From Vulcanimicrobiota bacterium (lineage in GTDB: Bacteria > Vulcanimicrobiota > Vulcanimicrobiia > Eremiobacterales > Eremiobacteraceae), in the NCBI GenBank assembly GCA_013290125.1, contig JABCYQ010000002.1, positions 128,909 through 192,908 on the forward strand: a stretch of DNA of 64,000 nucleotides, read 5' to 3'. The position numbers and the translations under genes were made by a program. The notes beneath the pieces are model-generated. The model ran no database searches. It worked only from the letters and a program-made list of their open reading frames with translations, and had not been told where the DNA came from. Below, in pieces: positions 35,782-45,040 of the stretch (positions within the stretch are counted from its first letter, which is position 1; every line of letters starts with the position of its first letter).

Positions 35782-38316
35782 GTGAAGCGCTTCGAACAAA
35801 CGCGGGCAATGTTTCTGCGGCGCACTCGCGATCTTCTGGTTGCGGCGATACTGCTGAGTCTCGCGGCTGCGCCGCTCGCCGCATCACGCGCCGGGGACGA
35901 AAAATATGACGGCTCCGCGCCGTCGGGGCGGGTCGTCGCGATCGACGATGCTTTTTACGGCACGGCCGCGTATGGCGGCCCGAATTGTCGGGACCGAGCG
36001 TCCAGTCTGCAGACCAAAGGTTGCGGAGTCATCTACCGGTTCGGCGCCGATGGACAATACTCGGTGTTGCATGAGTTTTCTGGCGACGACGGAGAGAAAC
36101 CGAGCTCCGGGCTCGTGCTCGCACCCGACAGCATGTTGTACGGCGCGACCGATTTCGGCGGCGCCAACGGTCACGGTGTCGTCTACCGCATCGCACAGGA
36201 CGGCTCGGGCTTCGTCGTCTTGTACGCATTCGCGCGCGGCGACCGACACGGAGCGCTGACTATCGGCGACGATGGGACAATCTTTGGAGTGGCTCCATCA
36301 ACGGACGGCGACGGACACGGTGCCACAATCTTCGCGCTGTCGCGAGACGGGTCGTACAAGACACTCCTTTCATTTGGTCCGGAATCCCATGTGGCGACCC
36401 CGCTCGCCCTCGATCGAACCGGGCGCCTCATCGGCATTTTGGTTCGCGGAGGTGAATGCGGCGGCGAGATATTTTGGGTGAACGCAACGGGACAGCACGG
36501 AGACATCTTCTCAAACACAAAACCGTACACGAGCGCCGAGTGTTCTTCGATAAAGATTCCATCGTCGCCGGTTCTCGATGATGGCGGCGTCCTCTACGCA
36601 AGCGATGGCTCGTCGATCTACACGATCGGCGACAATACGCTCAAAGCGATCTTCACGCTTCCGCAGATCCAACGTCTGCAATTCGATCCATATGCCGACT
36701 TTGAGCGAACAATCGTCGACGGCAGCCTCACGCCGTCTACCGGCGGCGCATTGCTCGGGGCCATAACTGGTCATAGAAGAATTGGGTGCGGCGTTGTGTT
36801 CCGCTACAGCCCGGCGCAAGGCTACGCCACCCTCCATTCCTTTCTTCCGAAGGAAGGCGCATGCTTTGAGCAGTGGGTGAATCCTGCGGCGAGCATGCTT
36901 GGATTTGCAACGCTCGTCGGTGGGGCGATCTTAGGCACTAGTCCGCAGGGTTCGGAATGCTTGGTCAGCAATGGGCCGCCGGTCGCGCCTTATAGTTGCG
37001 GCTCGCTTTTTCGAATCGACGGCTCCAGCGCGAAAATCGTCCACGTATTCGAGCCAATGCAGCCATGGACACCGGATTGGGGACGGTACCCGCACGGAGC
37101 GTGGATGAGCGTCTCCGGCGCGCGTCCGCCAAATCGCGTACTTTTTGACGTATCGGTTTCACCGCCGTCGCAAGCGCCGTTTTTCGTTCGTACCGGAACT
37201 TCGGGGCTCGCATTGCAATCGTCCAATGGCACGGCGAAGCCGGTTCAGCTTCATTTTCGCACTGACGTCTCGACGATTAACTCGACCGATCCGGGCGGAC
37301 ACGCGTCCATCGGCAAAGTTGCCGCTTTCGCTCAGTCGCTGCCGCCCGGCATGTACACCGCCGACCTGAGCCGCTTCGATCCAATGATCTCAGACGCAGA
37401 CGGTTACGCCATCCCGAACAACCGCCTGGATCCAGCCTCGCTCTATGTGCCCGCGCCGCCGGACGCGATTCCCCACCTCCGCGCGGGCCAACAGTTTGTG
37501 ACATTTGTACAGCCGGAACCCAACTACACTCGGCTGCCCACGAGTGGCATCCGCGTGCTCACGCTGCAAAGCGTGACAGATCAGGGGCCGTCCGGGTATG
37601 CATTGACGCTCAGCGGCGACGGATCGGATACCGCGACGTTTGAGGCTCCATCCGCCGCCGTGAATTCTGCTCAAGGTCTTTTGCCCATCGTCGAGGACGC
37701 AAACGTCGAACAGCTCGATCGTGCATATGCGGATAAGGATGTTTATGGCCTCGGCGGTTTTATGCCCACATGCGATTTCGCAAACGGCATCGAGACGAAC
37801 GTCCGGGTAGATCGGACGATGCCGCTTCACGTCGATCGCATCGTGCGACTCTATGGAACAAGCGAGAGCCCGGAATTTCTGCCGGTGAAGGCGACGATCA
37901 CGGACACGGCTTCCACGCTCGTCGCCGTCGACCCGATCCTTGTGATTTTTGGCGGAAAGACAGACGGCGAAGTATTGGATAAAACGTCTTTCGCCGGTGA
38001 CGACTGCGCCGACGTATACGCGGAGTTCGCCGACACGTGGGATTTCGAACGTTCGCTTGCGCCGCAGAGTCCGCTGCTCGCTCACCCTGAATGGCCGGAA
38101 AACATTCGTACTGCGATCAATCAGGGAACCGTGATCGTCGGCATGACTTACGACATGGTCGTCGCGAGCGTCGGATTTCCGTCGGTGTATGGAACAGCAG
38201 CGCAAATGCGGACCCTCGACACGTGGGAATACGACCGGCCGACGCCGGCTTCGTTTACGGTGAAATTCAAGGATGGCAAAGTGATCTCGTACGACCCGCC
38301 GGGAATGCTGCCGTAG
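35782..38316 (+). CDS. large secreted protein with N-terminal GloVer-type (choice-of-anchor) tandem repeats
   Basis: Signal peptide. Repeats of the type FYGTAAYGG...GVIYRF, LYGATDFGGANGHGVVYRI, IFGVAPSTDGDGHGATIFAL. The C-terminal ~400 aa have no recognised family. Confidence 0.55.
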   Translation: MKRFEQTRAMFLRRTRDLLVAAILLSLAAAPLAASRAGDEKYDGSAPSGRVVAIDDAFYGTAAYGGPNCRDRASSLQTKGCGVIYRFGADGQYSVLHEFSGDDGEKPSSGLVLAPDSMLYGATDFGGANGHGVVYRIAQDGSGFVVLYAFARGDRHGALTIGDDGTIFGVAPSTDGDGHGATIFALSRDGSYKTLLSFGPESHVATPLALDRTGRLIGILVRGGECGGEIFWVNATGQHGDIFSNTKPYTSAECSSIKIPSSPVLDDGGVLYASDGSSIYTIGDNTLKAIFTLPQIQRLQFDPYADFERTIVDGSLTPSTGGALLGAITGHRRIGCGVVFRYSPAQGYATLHSFLPKEGACFEQWVNPAASMLGFATLVGGAILGTSPQGSECLVSNGPPVAPYSCGSLFRIDGSSAKIVHVFEPMQPWTPDWGRYPHGAWMSVSGARPPNRVLFDVSVSPPSQAPFFVRTGTSGLALQSSNGTAKPVQLHFRTDVSTINSTDPGGHASIGKVAAFAQSLPPGMYTADLSRFDPMISDADGYAIPNNRLDPASLYVPAPPDAIPHLRAGQQFVTFVQPEPNYTRLPTSGIRVLTLQSVTDQGPSGYALTLSGDGSDTATFEAPSAAVNSAQGLLPIVEDANVEQLDRAYADKDVYGLGGFMPTCDFANGIETNVRVDRTMPLHVDRIVRLYGTSESPEFLPVKATITDTASTLVAVDPILVIFGGKTDGEVLDKTSFAGDDCADVYAEFADTWDFERSLAPQSPLLAHPEWPENIRTAINQGTVIVGMTYDMVVASVGFPSVYGTAAQMRTLDTWEYDRPTPASFTVKFKDGKVISYDPPGMLP

Positions 38317-38363
38317 TTGGGCGGAATAGCGGAGCATCGTTTGATAGAAAGAAGGCCTCAAGG

Positions 38364-38909
38364 ATGAAGATAGACCGCGCACTGCTGGCAGCCACATCAG
38401 CGATCGCCGTTATCGCGTGTGCCGCACCTGCGAATGCTGCCGGCTCTCCCGCGCCGGCCGCTTGGACGCTGAAGATCGGCGAGTACACATCACTGGGGCA
38501 AAACGCCGGAAGCCCGTTTCAAATCGCTCTGGGCCTTGACTATCGTCTCGACGCGAAGAATCTGGCCGCGCCCGCGGCCACGTCGGTTTACGCCGACTTT
38601 CTCGGCATCTCGAGTACCACGAATTCGTCGTACGGATCCGGCTTTGGAGTCGCCTACCGCAGCACGGGAAAGGCGTTCATCGGAGCCGGCATCGGTCTTT
38701 ATAGCGCGTCGATCACGCCTGCGTTCGCGGGATCGGCGGGGCAATCCGGAGCGCGCACGATCAGCGCTAGCGGGCCTGGGGGCAAGCTGTTCGCGGGCCT
38801 TTCTTTCGGTTCGAACCTCGAAATCGAAGCAGCATATCACATTTTGCCGTCCGCAGCTCCGGGCGTCGGCTCCGACGGCGCGACAGTCGAACTGGGTGCG
38901 CGCTTTTAG
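38364..38909 (+). CDS. putative outer-membrane beta-barrel protein
   Basis: Signal peptide MKIDRALLAATSAIAVIACAAPANA, alternating beta-strand-like pattern, and C-terminal ...ATVELGARF ending in Phe. Confidence 0.5.
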   Translation: MKIDRALLAATSAIAVIACAAPANAAGSPAPAAWTLKIGEYTSLGQNAGSPFQIALGLDYRLDAKNLAAPAATSVYADFLGISSTTNSSYGSGFGVAYRSTGKAFIGAGIGLYSASITPAFAGSAGQSGARTISASGPGGKLFAGLSFGSNLEIEAAYHILPSAAPGVGSDGATVELGARF

Positions 38910-38918
38910 TCGAGGTGA

Positions 38919-39356
38919 GTGATGAAATGGGTCACGCGTAAGAACGCAAACGTCGATCGCATCGCCTGTCCTTGGCTCATCAAACGGTTCGTCGATCCGG
39001 ACGCCGAGTTCTTGTACGTGGCTCGCGACGAGGTCACGGCGGTCGCACAGCGCGAGGGCGCGATTCCCTACGACGTGCCGGACGTTGAACTTGGGCACGT
39101 CGAGGGTCGTTGCAGCTTCGAATCAATTCTCGTTAAGTATCAGCTCAACGACACTGCGCTCGGATTGCTTGGCCGGATCGTCCACGGCGCGGACGTTCCA
39201 AAAGATATCGCGATCGAACCGGAAGCAGCGGGCCTGCATGCGATAGCCCACGGTTTTGCGGCGACTCACGGCGATCGCGATCATGAGAAACTGTCGCTCG
39301 AATCGCCGATGTACGATGCGCTCTATGCCTGGTGTCAAGAACGGCTCAAGCATTGA
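38919..39356 (+). CDS. chromate resistance (ChrB C-terminal-like, PF09828) domain protein
   Basis: KWVTRKNANVDRIACPWLIKRFVDPDAEFLYV ... EGRCSFESIL matches the Chrome_Resist domain. Confidence 0.7.
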   Translation: MMKWVTRKNANVDRIACPWLIKRFVDPDAEFLYVARDEVTAVAQREGAIPYDVPDVELGHVEGRCSFESILVKYQLNDTALGLLGRIVHGADVPKDIAIEPEAAGLHAIAHGFAATHGDRDHEKLSLESPMYDALYAWCQERLKH

Positions 39357-40516
39357 GCGAAAAGAGGCCGACGCTCTTCGCGACGGTCGTCACCGCCCGG
39401 ATCGTGCGCGCGTTTGGCTTTGGCCTGATGTCGGTCGCCTTCGCGTTATATCTCGGCGACCGCGGGTTTACTCCGTTTGAAATCGGCGCGACGCTGACGC
39501 TCGCTCTGCTTTCGGGCGCTGTATTTCTGGCGGCGTCCGCTTCGATCGTGCGCGTAATGGGAAGGCGTGGCGCGTTGCTCGGCGCGGCTGCCGCGATGTG
39601 CGTCGCCGGTATCCTGTTGGGTCTCCCCGGCAACGCGTTCCCGATCATCGTCGCGTGTCTGCTCGGCACGCTCAGCGCAGGCGCTCAGGAAGTCGGCCCG
39701 TTCGCGGCGATCGAGCAGCACGCCGTGGCTGAGTCGGTGACCCCGCAGACCTCGGCACATTCGTTTGCGATCTACAATCTCGCCGGCGCATTCGCCCTCG
39801 CATTGGGCGCGCTTGCGGCGGCGGTCATTCCGGTCGGCCTCACACCGCTTGCGTACGCCATCTGCGGCCTCGCGTTGTTCGCCGTCTATCTGATGTTGCC
39901 GAGCGAACTCCGCGGAGATGCTCAGGAAGCGAAGGAGCGACGGCCGAGGCAGCTCGGCGCGGCTGAGCGGCTAGCGCTGCTTTTCGGCGTCGATGCGCTT
40001 GCCGGCGGATTCGTCGTACAGAGCTTCCTCGCGTACTGGCTGCACGTGCGGTTCGGCGCGGACGACCACATCCTCGGGCTCGTGCTTTTCGGCGCGAATA
40101 CGCTGTCCGCGCTGTCCTATCTCGTCGCGGCCCGGTTGTCGCAAGCGATCGGGTTGCTGCAGACGATGGTGTTCACGCATCTGCCATCGAACATATTGCT
40201 CTGTATCGTGCCGCTCATGCCGTCGTTCGAATCGGCCTCGGTGGTCTTGATGGCGCGATTCGCACTCTCGCAGATGGACGTGCCGACGCGTCAAGCATTT
40301 ACTATGGAAGCTGTCGCTCCGGAAGATCGCGCGTATGCCGCGGCGTTGACGAATGCCGTTCGACCCGCAGCAGCCGCGATCGCGCCGATCTTTTCGGGAC
40401 TTGCGATGCAGGCCGCATATCTCGCGCTGCCGTTTTTCATCGCGGGCGGCTTGAAGATCGCCTACGATATCGCGATATTTCGAGCGTTTCGCCGAAGACC
40501 AGCCGGCCCAGAATAA
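39332..40516 (+). CDS. MFS transporter
   Basis: About 12 predicted hydrophobic helices. It overlaps the upstream ChrB-like gene; the alternative TTG at 39353 would overlap its stop as TTGA. Confidence 0.7.
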   Translation: MSRTAQALSEKRPTLFATVVTARIVRAFGFGLMSVAFALYLGDRGFTPFEIGATLTLALLSGAVFLAASASIVRVMGRRGALLGAAAAMCVAGILLGLPGNAFPIIVACLLGTLSAGAQEVGPFAAIEQHAVAESVTPQTSAHSFAIYNLAGAFALALGALAAAVIPVGLTPLAYAICGLALFAVYLMLPSELRGDAQEAKERRPRQLGAAERLALLFGVDALAGGFVVQSFLAYWLHVRFGADDHILGLVLFGANTLSALSYLVAARLSQAIGLLQTMVFTHLPSNILLCIVPLMPSFESASVVLMARFALSQMDVPTRQAFTMEAVAPEDRAYAAALTNAVRPAAAAIAPIFSGLAMQAAYLALPFFIAGGLKIAYDIAIFRAFRRRPAGPE

Positions 40517-40622
40517 TTCCTCGTAGCGGTACAAGAATTGTCGAAATCGCCGAGCCAAATTCGACGTGGGGGTAGAGTCTGGAGAAGCACTCTACCACGG
40601 GCTGCCAATAGGAGATACCGAG

Positions 40623-41015
40623 ATGCGATTCATGATCATCGTCAAAGCGAACAAGCAATCCGAAGCCGGCGTGATGCCGAGCACCGAACTTCTCGACGCG
40701 ATGGGAAAATTCAACGAAGATCTCGCCAAGGCGGGCGTGCTGCTCGCCGCCGACGGGTTGCAAGCGAGTTCGAAAGGTGCGCGCGTGCAATTCTCCGGGT
40801 CGAAGCGCACGGTCGTCGACGGTCCCTTCGCTGAGACCAAAGAGCTGATAGCCGGATACTGGATCTGGCAGGTCAAGTCGCTGGCCGAAGCGATCGAGTG
40901 GGTCAAGCGCTGCCCCAATCCGCACGTGGGCGATTCCGAGATCGAGATCCGCCAGATCTTCGAGCAATCGGACTTCGAGGAGCTCACGTCGAAAGCAAGA
41001 TCCGGCGCACGTTGA
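40623..41015 (+). CDS. YciI-like (DGPF domain) protein
   Basis: MRFMIIVKANKQSEAGVMPSTELLDAMGKFNEDLAKAGVLLAADGL...VVDGPFAETKELIAGYWIWQVKS. It has the usual position upstream of an ECF sigma gene. Confidence 0.8.
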   Translation: MRFMIIVKANKQSEAGVMPSTELLDAMGKFNEDLAKAGVLLAADGLQASSKGARVQFSGSKRTVVDGPFAETKELIAGYWIWQVKSLAEAIEWVKRCPNPHVGDSEIEIRQIFEQSDFEELTSKARSGAR

Positions 41016-41030
41016 GAATGTCGCTAAGAC

Positions 41031-42320
41031 GTGACCGAGTCTGACGCCACGGTCGCATCGAAAGCGCATCGCGCGATCGATGCGATCTGGCGTATCGAAT
41101 CCGCGCGGCTCATCGCTGGTCTCGCGCGATTCGTCCGCGACGTCGGTCTTGCCGAGGACCTCGCGCAAGATGCGTTAGTCGCGGCGCTCGAGCAGTGGCC
41201 CGAATCTGGAATTCCAGACAATCCAGGCGCCTGGCTGATGGCTACGGCGAAGCACCGCGCGATCGACGTCTTCCGCCGCCTCAAGCGCCTCGAGGAAAAG
41301 AATGAAGAGATCGGTCACCGCTCGGAGGCCGCGCAGGAGCTGACCGTGGCGGAACTGGATGCCGCAGACGATGACGTGGGCGACGATCTCTTGCGCCTCA
41401 TGTTCATCGCGTGCCACCCGATCATTCCGACTGACGCGCGTGTGGCGCTCACGCTTCGCCTGATCGGCGGCTTGACGACTGAAGAGATAGCGCGGGCATT
41501 TCTCGTCTCGACGCCGACGATTGCGCAACGGATCGTCCGTGCCAAACGGACGCTCGCGGAAGCTCGCATCCCCTTTGAGGTTCCGAGTGGCACCGAGCGC
41601 GCGATGCGCTTATCGTCAGTGCTCGAAGTTCTCTATCTTATCTTCAATGAGGGGTATGCCGCGACCGCCGGAGACGATTGGCTGCGGCCGGCGCTCTGCG
41701 AAGACGCCTTAAGACTTGGCCGCATCATGGCCGAGCTCGCTCCCGCTGAGCCGGAAGTCCACGGTCTGGTCGCGCTGATGGAGATACAGGCATCGCGCTT
41801 GAAATCGCGCGTCGGGCCATCCGGAGCGCCCATCCTACTGCTCGACCAAGACCGCGGCCGCTGGGACTACCTTCTCGTCCGGCGTGGTCTTGCGGCTCTC
41901 AAGCGCGCTGAGGATCTCGGCGGCGCTCTCGGACCGTATGCGCTACAAGCCGCGATCGGCGCATGTCATGCGCGCGCCCGAACGGCAAGCGACACGGACT
42001 GGCCGAGGATCGTAGCGCTGTACGACGCGCTCGCGCAGCTGACGCCTTCACCCATCGTTGCTTTGAACCGCGCGGTCGCGGTCGCGATGGCATACGGTCC
42101 GGCGGCCGGCCTGGAGCTGGTCGACGGACTTGACGGAGAACCGTCACTCGCGGGGTACCACTTGTTGCCAAGCGTCCGCGGCGATCTGCTGGAAAAGCTC
42201 GGTCGCCTCGAAGAAGCCCGGATAGAGTTCGATCGCGCGGCGTTGCTCACGCAAAACGCCCGCGAACGCGAGCTGCTGCTCGCACGAGCACGATCATGCG
42301 CGAACACGCCGCGCACGTAA
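41031..42320 (+). CDS. ECF-type RNA polymerase sigma factor with long C-terminal (DUF6596/TPR-like) extension
   Basis: Region 2 (DLAQDALVAALEQWP...PGAWLMATAKHRAIDVFRR), region 4 HTH (LTTEEIARAFLVSTPTIAQRIVRAKRTL), and a C-terminal extension of about 230 aa. Confidence 0.85.
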   Translation: MTESDATVASKAHRAIDAIWRIESARLIAGLARFVRDVGLAEDLAQDALVAALEQWPESGIPDNPGAWLMATAKHRAIDVFRRLKRLEEKNEEIGHRSEAAQELTVAELDAADDDVGDDLLRLMFIACHPIIPTDARVALTLRLIGGLTTEEIARAFLVSTPTIAQRIVRAKRTLAEARIPFEVPSGTERAMRLSSVLEVLYLIFNEGYAATAGDDWLRPALCEDALRLGRIMAELAPAEPEVHGLVALMEIQASRLKSRVGPSGAPILLLDQDRGRWDYLLVRRGLAALKRAEDLGGALGPYALQAAIGACHARARTASDTDWPRIVALYDALAQLTPSPIVALNRAVAVAMAYGPAAGLELVDGLDGEPSLAGYHLLPSVRGDLLEKLGRLEEARIEFDRAALLTQNARERELLLARARSCANTPRT

Positions 42321-42352
42321 CCGAACGCGACGCGCACGTAACCGAACGCGCG
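42311..42352. repeat. 21-bp tandem duplication spanning the sigma-factor stop codon
   Basis: GCGCACGTAACCGAACGCG occurs at 42311 and 42332. Each copy carries an in-frame TAA. Confidence 0.85.
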
Positions 42353-42354
42353 CG

Positions 42355-42422
42355 CTGAAGGGGCCGACGCTAGTCGGCCTCGCGAACGTAACGTGGGCCG
42401 ACGTAAAGTCGGCCCCCTTCAG
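42355..42422. repeat. REP-like palindromic element, locus 4
   Basis: CTGAAGGGGCCGAC-GCTA-GTCGGCC, then TCGCGAACGTAACGT, then GGGCCGAC-GTAAA-GTCGGCCCCCTTCAG. Confidence 0.9.
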
Positions 42423-42450
42423 ACGATGGTTCCAAGGACTTGAAATACCT

Positions 42451-42478
42451 CTGCCCAAACAAACGTTTGTACGGGCAG
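42451..42478 (+). promoter_or_regulatory. imperfect 28-nt palindrome upstream of the GerMN-lipoprotein gene (possible operator or 5'-UTR hairpin)
   Basis: CTGCCC-AA-ACAAACGTTTGT-AC-GGGCAG. The core ACAAACGTTTGT (42459-42470) is a perfect 12-bp palindrome. It ends at the GGAGGGG Shine-Dalgarno-like box. Confidence 0.3.
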
Positions 42479-42499
42479 GAGGGGTAAACCATCGACAGG

Positions 42500-43003
42500 A
42501 TGTCGAGCAAAGCACGGCTAGCAGTCGCGATAGCGCTCCTTTTGAGCGTAGCCGGATGCGGTCATCGAGGCGCACCGCCGCCCCCGACCGATCAGATAAC
42601 CGTCTACTACAGTAAAGCCGGGAGCGATACGCTCGTGGCCTTCCATTACTCTGCCGCGCCGGGGCTTGCCGGGGCGCCGCGAGCGCAGTACGCAGTGGAG
42701 CAACTGCTCGCTGGTCCGCTCGATCCGGCCGCGGATCTCCTGACGTTTCCGCCGGACACTCGCGCAAAAGTATCGCTGACCAACACGACAGCCGACGTAG
42801 ACCTGTCCGGCTCCATCACGAAGAGATTCAGCCGCGGGGCGGGTGACGAAGCCGGCCTCTTCAAGTCGCTCACGTATACCGTCACCGATATTCCGGGCAT
42901 AACGGCAGTGCAGATCCGCCTCAACGGTCTTGTCGCGCCCGCGCTCCCGGGCGGCCAACTCGAACTCGACGAACCGCTCTCGCGCACGACATTCGCCCAA
43001 TGA
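42500..43003 (+). CDS. GerMN domain lipoprotein
   Basis: Lipobox LLLSVAGC and a GerMN-like body (YAVEQLLAGP...). Its stop overlaps the amidase ATG (ATGA). Confidence 0.7.
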   Translation: MSSKARLAVAIALLLSVAGCGHRGAPPPPTDQITVYYSKAGSDTLVAFHYSAAPGLAGAPRAQYAVEQLLAGPLDPAADLLTFPPDTRAKVSLTNTTADVDLSGSITKRFSRGAGDEAGLFKSLTYTVTDIPGITAVQIRLNGLVAPALPGGQLELDEPLSRTTFAQ

Positions 43004-45024
43004 GGAAGCGGTTGGTGACGCGCGTCGCGCTGCTTGTCGCGCTCGCGATGAGCTCGCACGTCACAGCATACGCCGCGACCGTCACGCCGACCTCAGCGCA
43101 AGTCTGGGTCGCGGGGCGGCAGATCCCGTTCGAAAAACTTGGGCTGGCGTTCGGCGATCCGGTCGCTCAGGTGAACGATTCGGGGCTCAACGCGATGCTC
43201 GATCAAGTCGCCGCGCACCTCGCGTGGCAACCAGGCACGCGATTCGTCGCGATCACGCGCGCTGATGGCGAGCTGATCACATTTACAGTGGGAAGCAACG
43301 CCGTCAGCGTCAATAGTGCTGCGACCGCGATTCCATTCGCACCATTCACGCAAAATGGACAACTGTATTTGCCGCTGCTGCCACTCGCGCGCGCTCTTGG
43401 CCTAGGCGTGCGCGGATTCCATGGCGGCTACGTCTTCGTGCCCCAGATACTCGCCGTCAGCGCACGGCAAGACGGTCCGCGGACGATCGTTCATGTCGCC
43501 GCCTCGGGCGTGATCAGTTGGCACAGCGCGTACGCCGCGCAGTCGCGCGCACGCACGCTGAGCATCTCGTTTCCTGGATTCGGCACGGATCTTGCCGCCG
43601 ACGTACAAAATCGTATCGGCCTCGTGGCGCGCGGCACAATTGCCGAGAACGGCCCACCGGGTTACCCGACGACGACGCTCTCGCTCGCACTTCTCGGAAG
43701 GGCGAGCTTTGTGGCGCGCCGCGGCGACGGCGGCGCCGAAATGGATATCGTCGTCGCGCGCGATCAGGCAGCGTTGAAAACTGCAACGATCGCAGCGACG
43801 CCGAGCGCCGTGACGCGCGTCAACACCGTCGTCGTCTCGGCAACAACACTTCCGACAGCAGCGCCGCAAGGCGGTTCTCCGTCGCCCGCCGCGCCCGAAC
43901 CGGTCGACACATCGTCGCCGTCAAACGAAGTTCCCACGGCCGCGCCCGTCGCCGAACCGTCGCCGAGCGGTTCGCCCATGCCGTTGACCGATCAGAAGAT
44001 CACCGCGGTGAGCATCGCGCGCGTGCCGACCGGCACGCGCATCACCCTCACCCTCTCCGGCCCGGTGAGTTTTTCGTGGCATCGGCTCGGCGATCCCGAC
44101 GACCGCTTCTGGCTCGACCTGGATCACGCCGTGCTCGTCGGTGCCTCGCGCGACCTGGACGTGCAGCTCGACTTCATCAAGTCGGTCAAAGTCAGTCAGC
44201 ATCTGCTCGTACCCGATAAGGTCGTGCGCATTTCGATCGCGCCTTCCCGCGACACGGATATCCGCGTCGGGCAAGTCGCGGGGACGAACGATCAGATCGG
44301 CATCGAGATAGAAACAGCGACGCCTGCGCCCGATGCGGCGATGGCGGGAGTGGGCGAACTGAACGCGACGATCGCCACAAACGCATCGCCGAGGCCGGCA
44401 GCGTCGATCCAACCAGCTGCGACCGTAGGCGATCTCGTCGTTATCGACCCAGGACACGGCGGCAACGATCCCGGCTCGCTCAACCCTGACCTTGGCTTGA
44501 CCGAGAAGTCCCTCACGCTTGCGATCTCAAAGATCGTGCAGAACCGGCTGCAGTCGCTCGGCTGGCGCGTCGTCATGACGAGAGACGGCGACTACGAGGT
44601 CGGCGATCCGAACGGCATCGACAAACAAGAACTCCAAGCGCGCGACGACGTCGCGAATGCCGCCGGCGCCACGATCCTCGTCAGCATCCATATCAACTCT
44701 TCAGTCTCGACTTCGGCGAACGGCACGACGACCTACTACTGGCAGCCGGCAGATAAGACGTTCGCGCAAGACGTGCAGGCGGAAACAGTAGCGTCCGACG
44801 GAATCGCCGACGCCGGCGTGAAGCGCGAAGACTTCTACGTCATCAAACACGCGGCGATGCCCGCCGTGCTCGTCGAGACCGCGTTTTTGAGCAACGCGCA
44901 CGACGGTTCGTTGCTGCAGCAGCCGGCGTTTCTCGATCGCATCGCTGCAGGAATCGTCAAAGGCATCATGGATTTCACCGGGGGACCGCACGCACCGCCG
45001 CCGACCCCCGGACCATCACCTTGA
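43000..45024 (+). CDS. N-acetylmuramoyl-L-alanine amidase (stalk-like N-domain, AMIN-like domain, Amidase_3)
   Basis: Signal peptide. Central low-complexity Pro/Ala/Ser linker. VVIDPGHGGNDPGS and ...LVETAFLSN Amidase_3 motifs. Confidence 0.85.
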   Translation: MRKRLVTRVALLVALAMSSHVTAYAATVTPTSAQVWVAGRQIPFEKLGLAFGDPVAQVNDSGLNAMLDQVAAHLAWQPGTRFVAITRADGELITFTVGSNAVSVNSAATAIPFAPFTQNGQLYLPLLPLARALGLGVRGFHGGYVFVPQILAVSARQDGPRTIVHVAASGVISWHSAYAAQSRARTLSISFPGFGTDLAADVQNRIGLVARGTIAENGPPGYPTTTLSLALLGRASFVARRGDGGAEMDIVVARDQAALKTATIAATPSAVTRVNTVVVSATTLPTAAPQGGSPSPAAPEPVDTSSPSNEVPTAAPVAEPSPSGSPMPLTDQKITAVSIARVPTGTRITLTLSGPVSFSWHRLGDPDDRFWLDLDHAVLVGASRDLDVQLDFIKSVKVSQHLLVPDKVVRISIAPSRDTDIRVGQVAGTNDQIGIEIETATPAPDAAMAGVGELNATIATNASPRPAASIQPAATVGDLVVIDPGHGGNDPGSLNPDLGLTEKSLTLAISKIVQNRLQSLGWRVVMTRDGDYEVGDPNGIDKQELQARDDVANAAGATILVSIHINSSVSTSANGTTTYYWQPADKTFAQDVQAETVASDGIADAGVKREDFYVIKHAAMPAVLVETAFLSNAHDGSLLQQPAFLDRIAAGIVKGIMDFTGGPHAPPPTPGPSP

Positions 45025-45040
45025 CAGGACTCCCGCTCTC

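Noticed and set aside
27447-42320. Genomic island integrated at the 3' end of ssrA
   Set aside because: The gene content looks accessory. However, I found no integrase or recombinase, no phage or conjugation genes, and no downstream direct repeat of the tmRNA 3' end (TTCAACTCCGGTCGCCTCCACCA) by eye. A compositional or comparative analysis would be needed.
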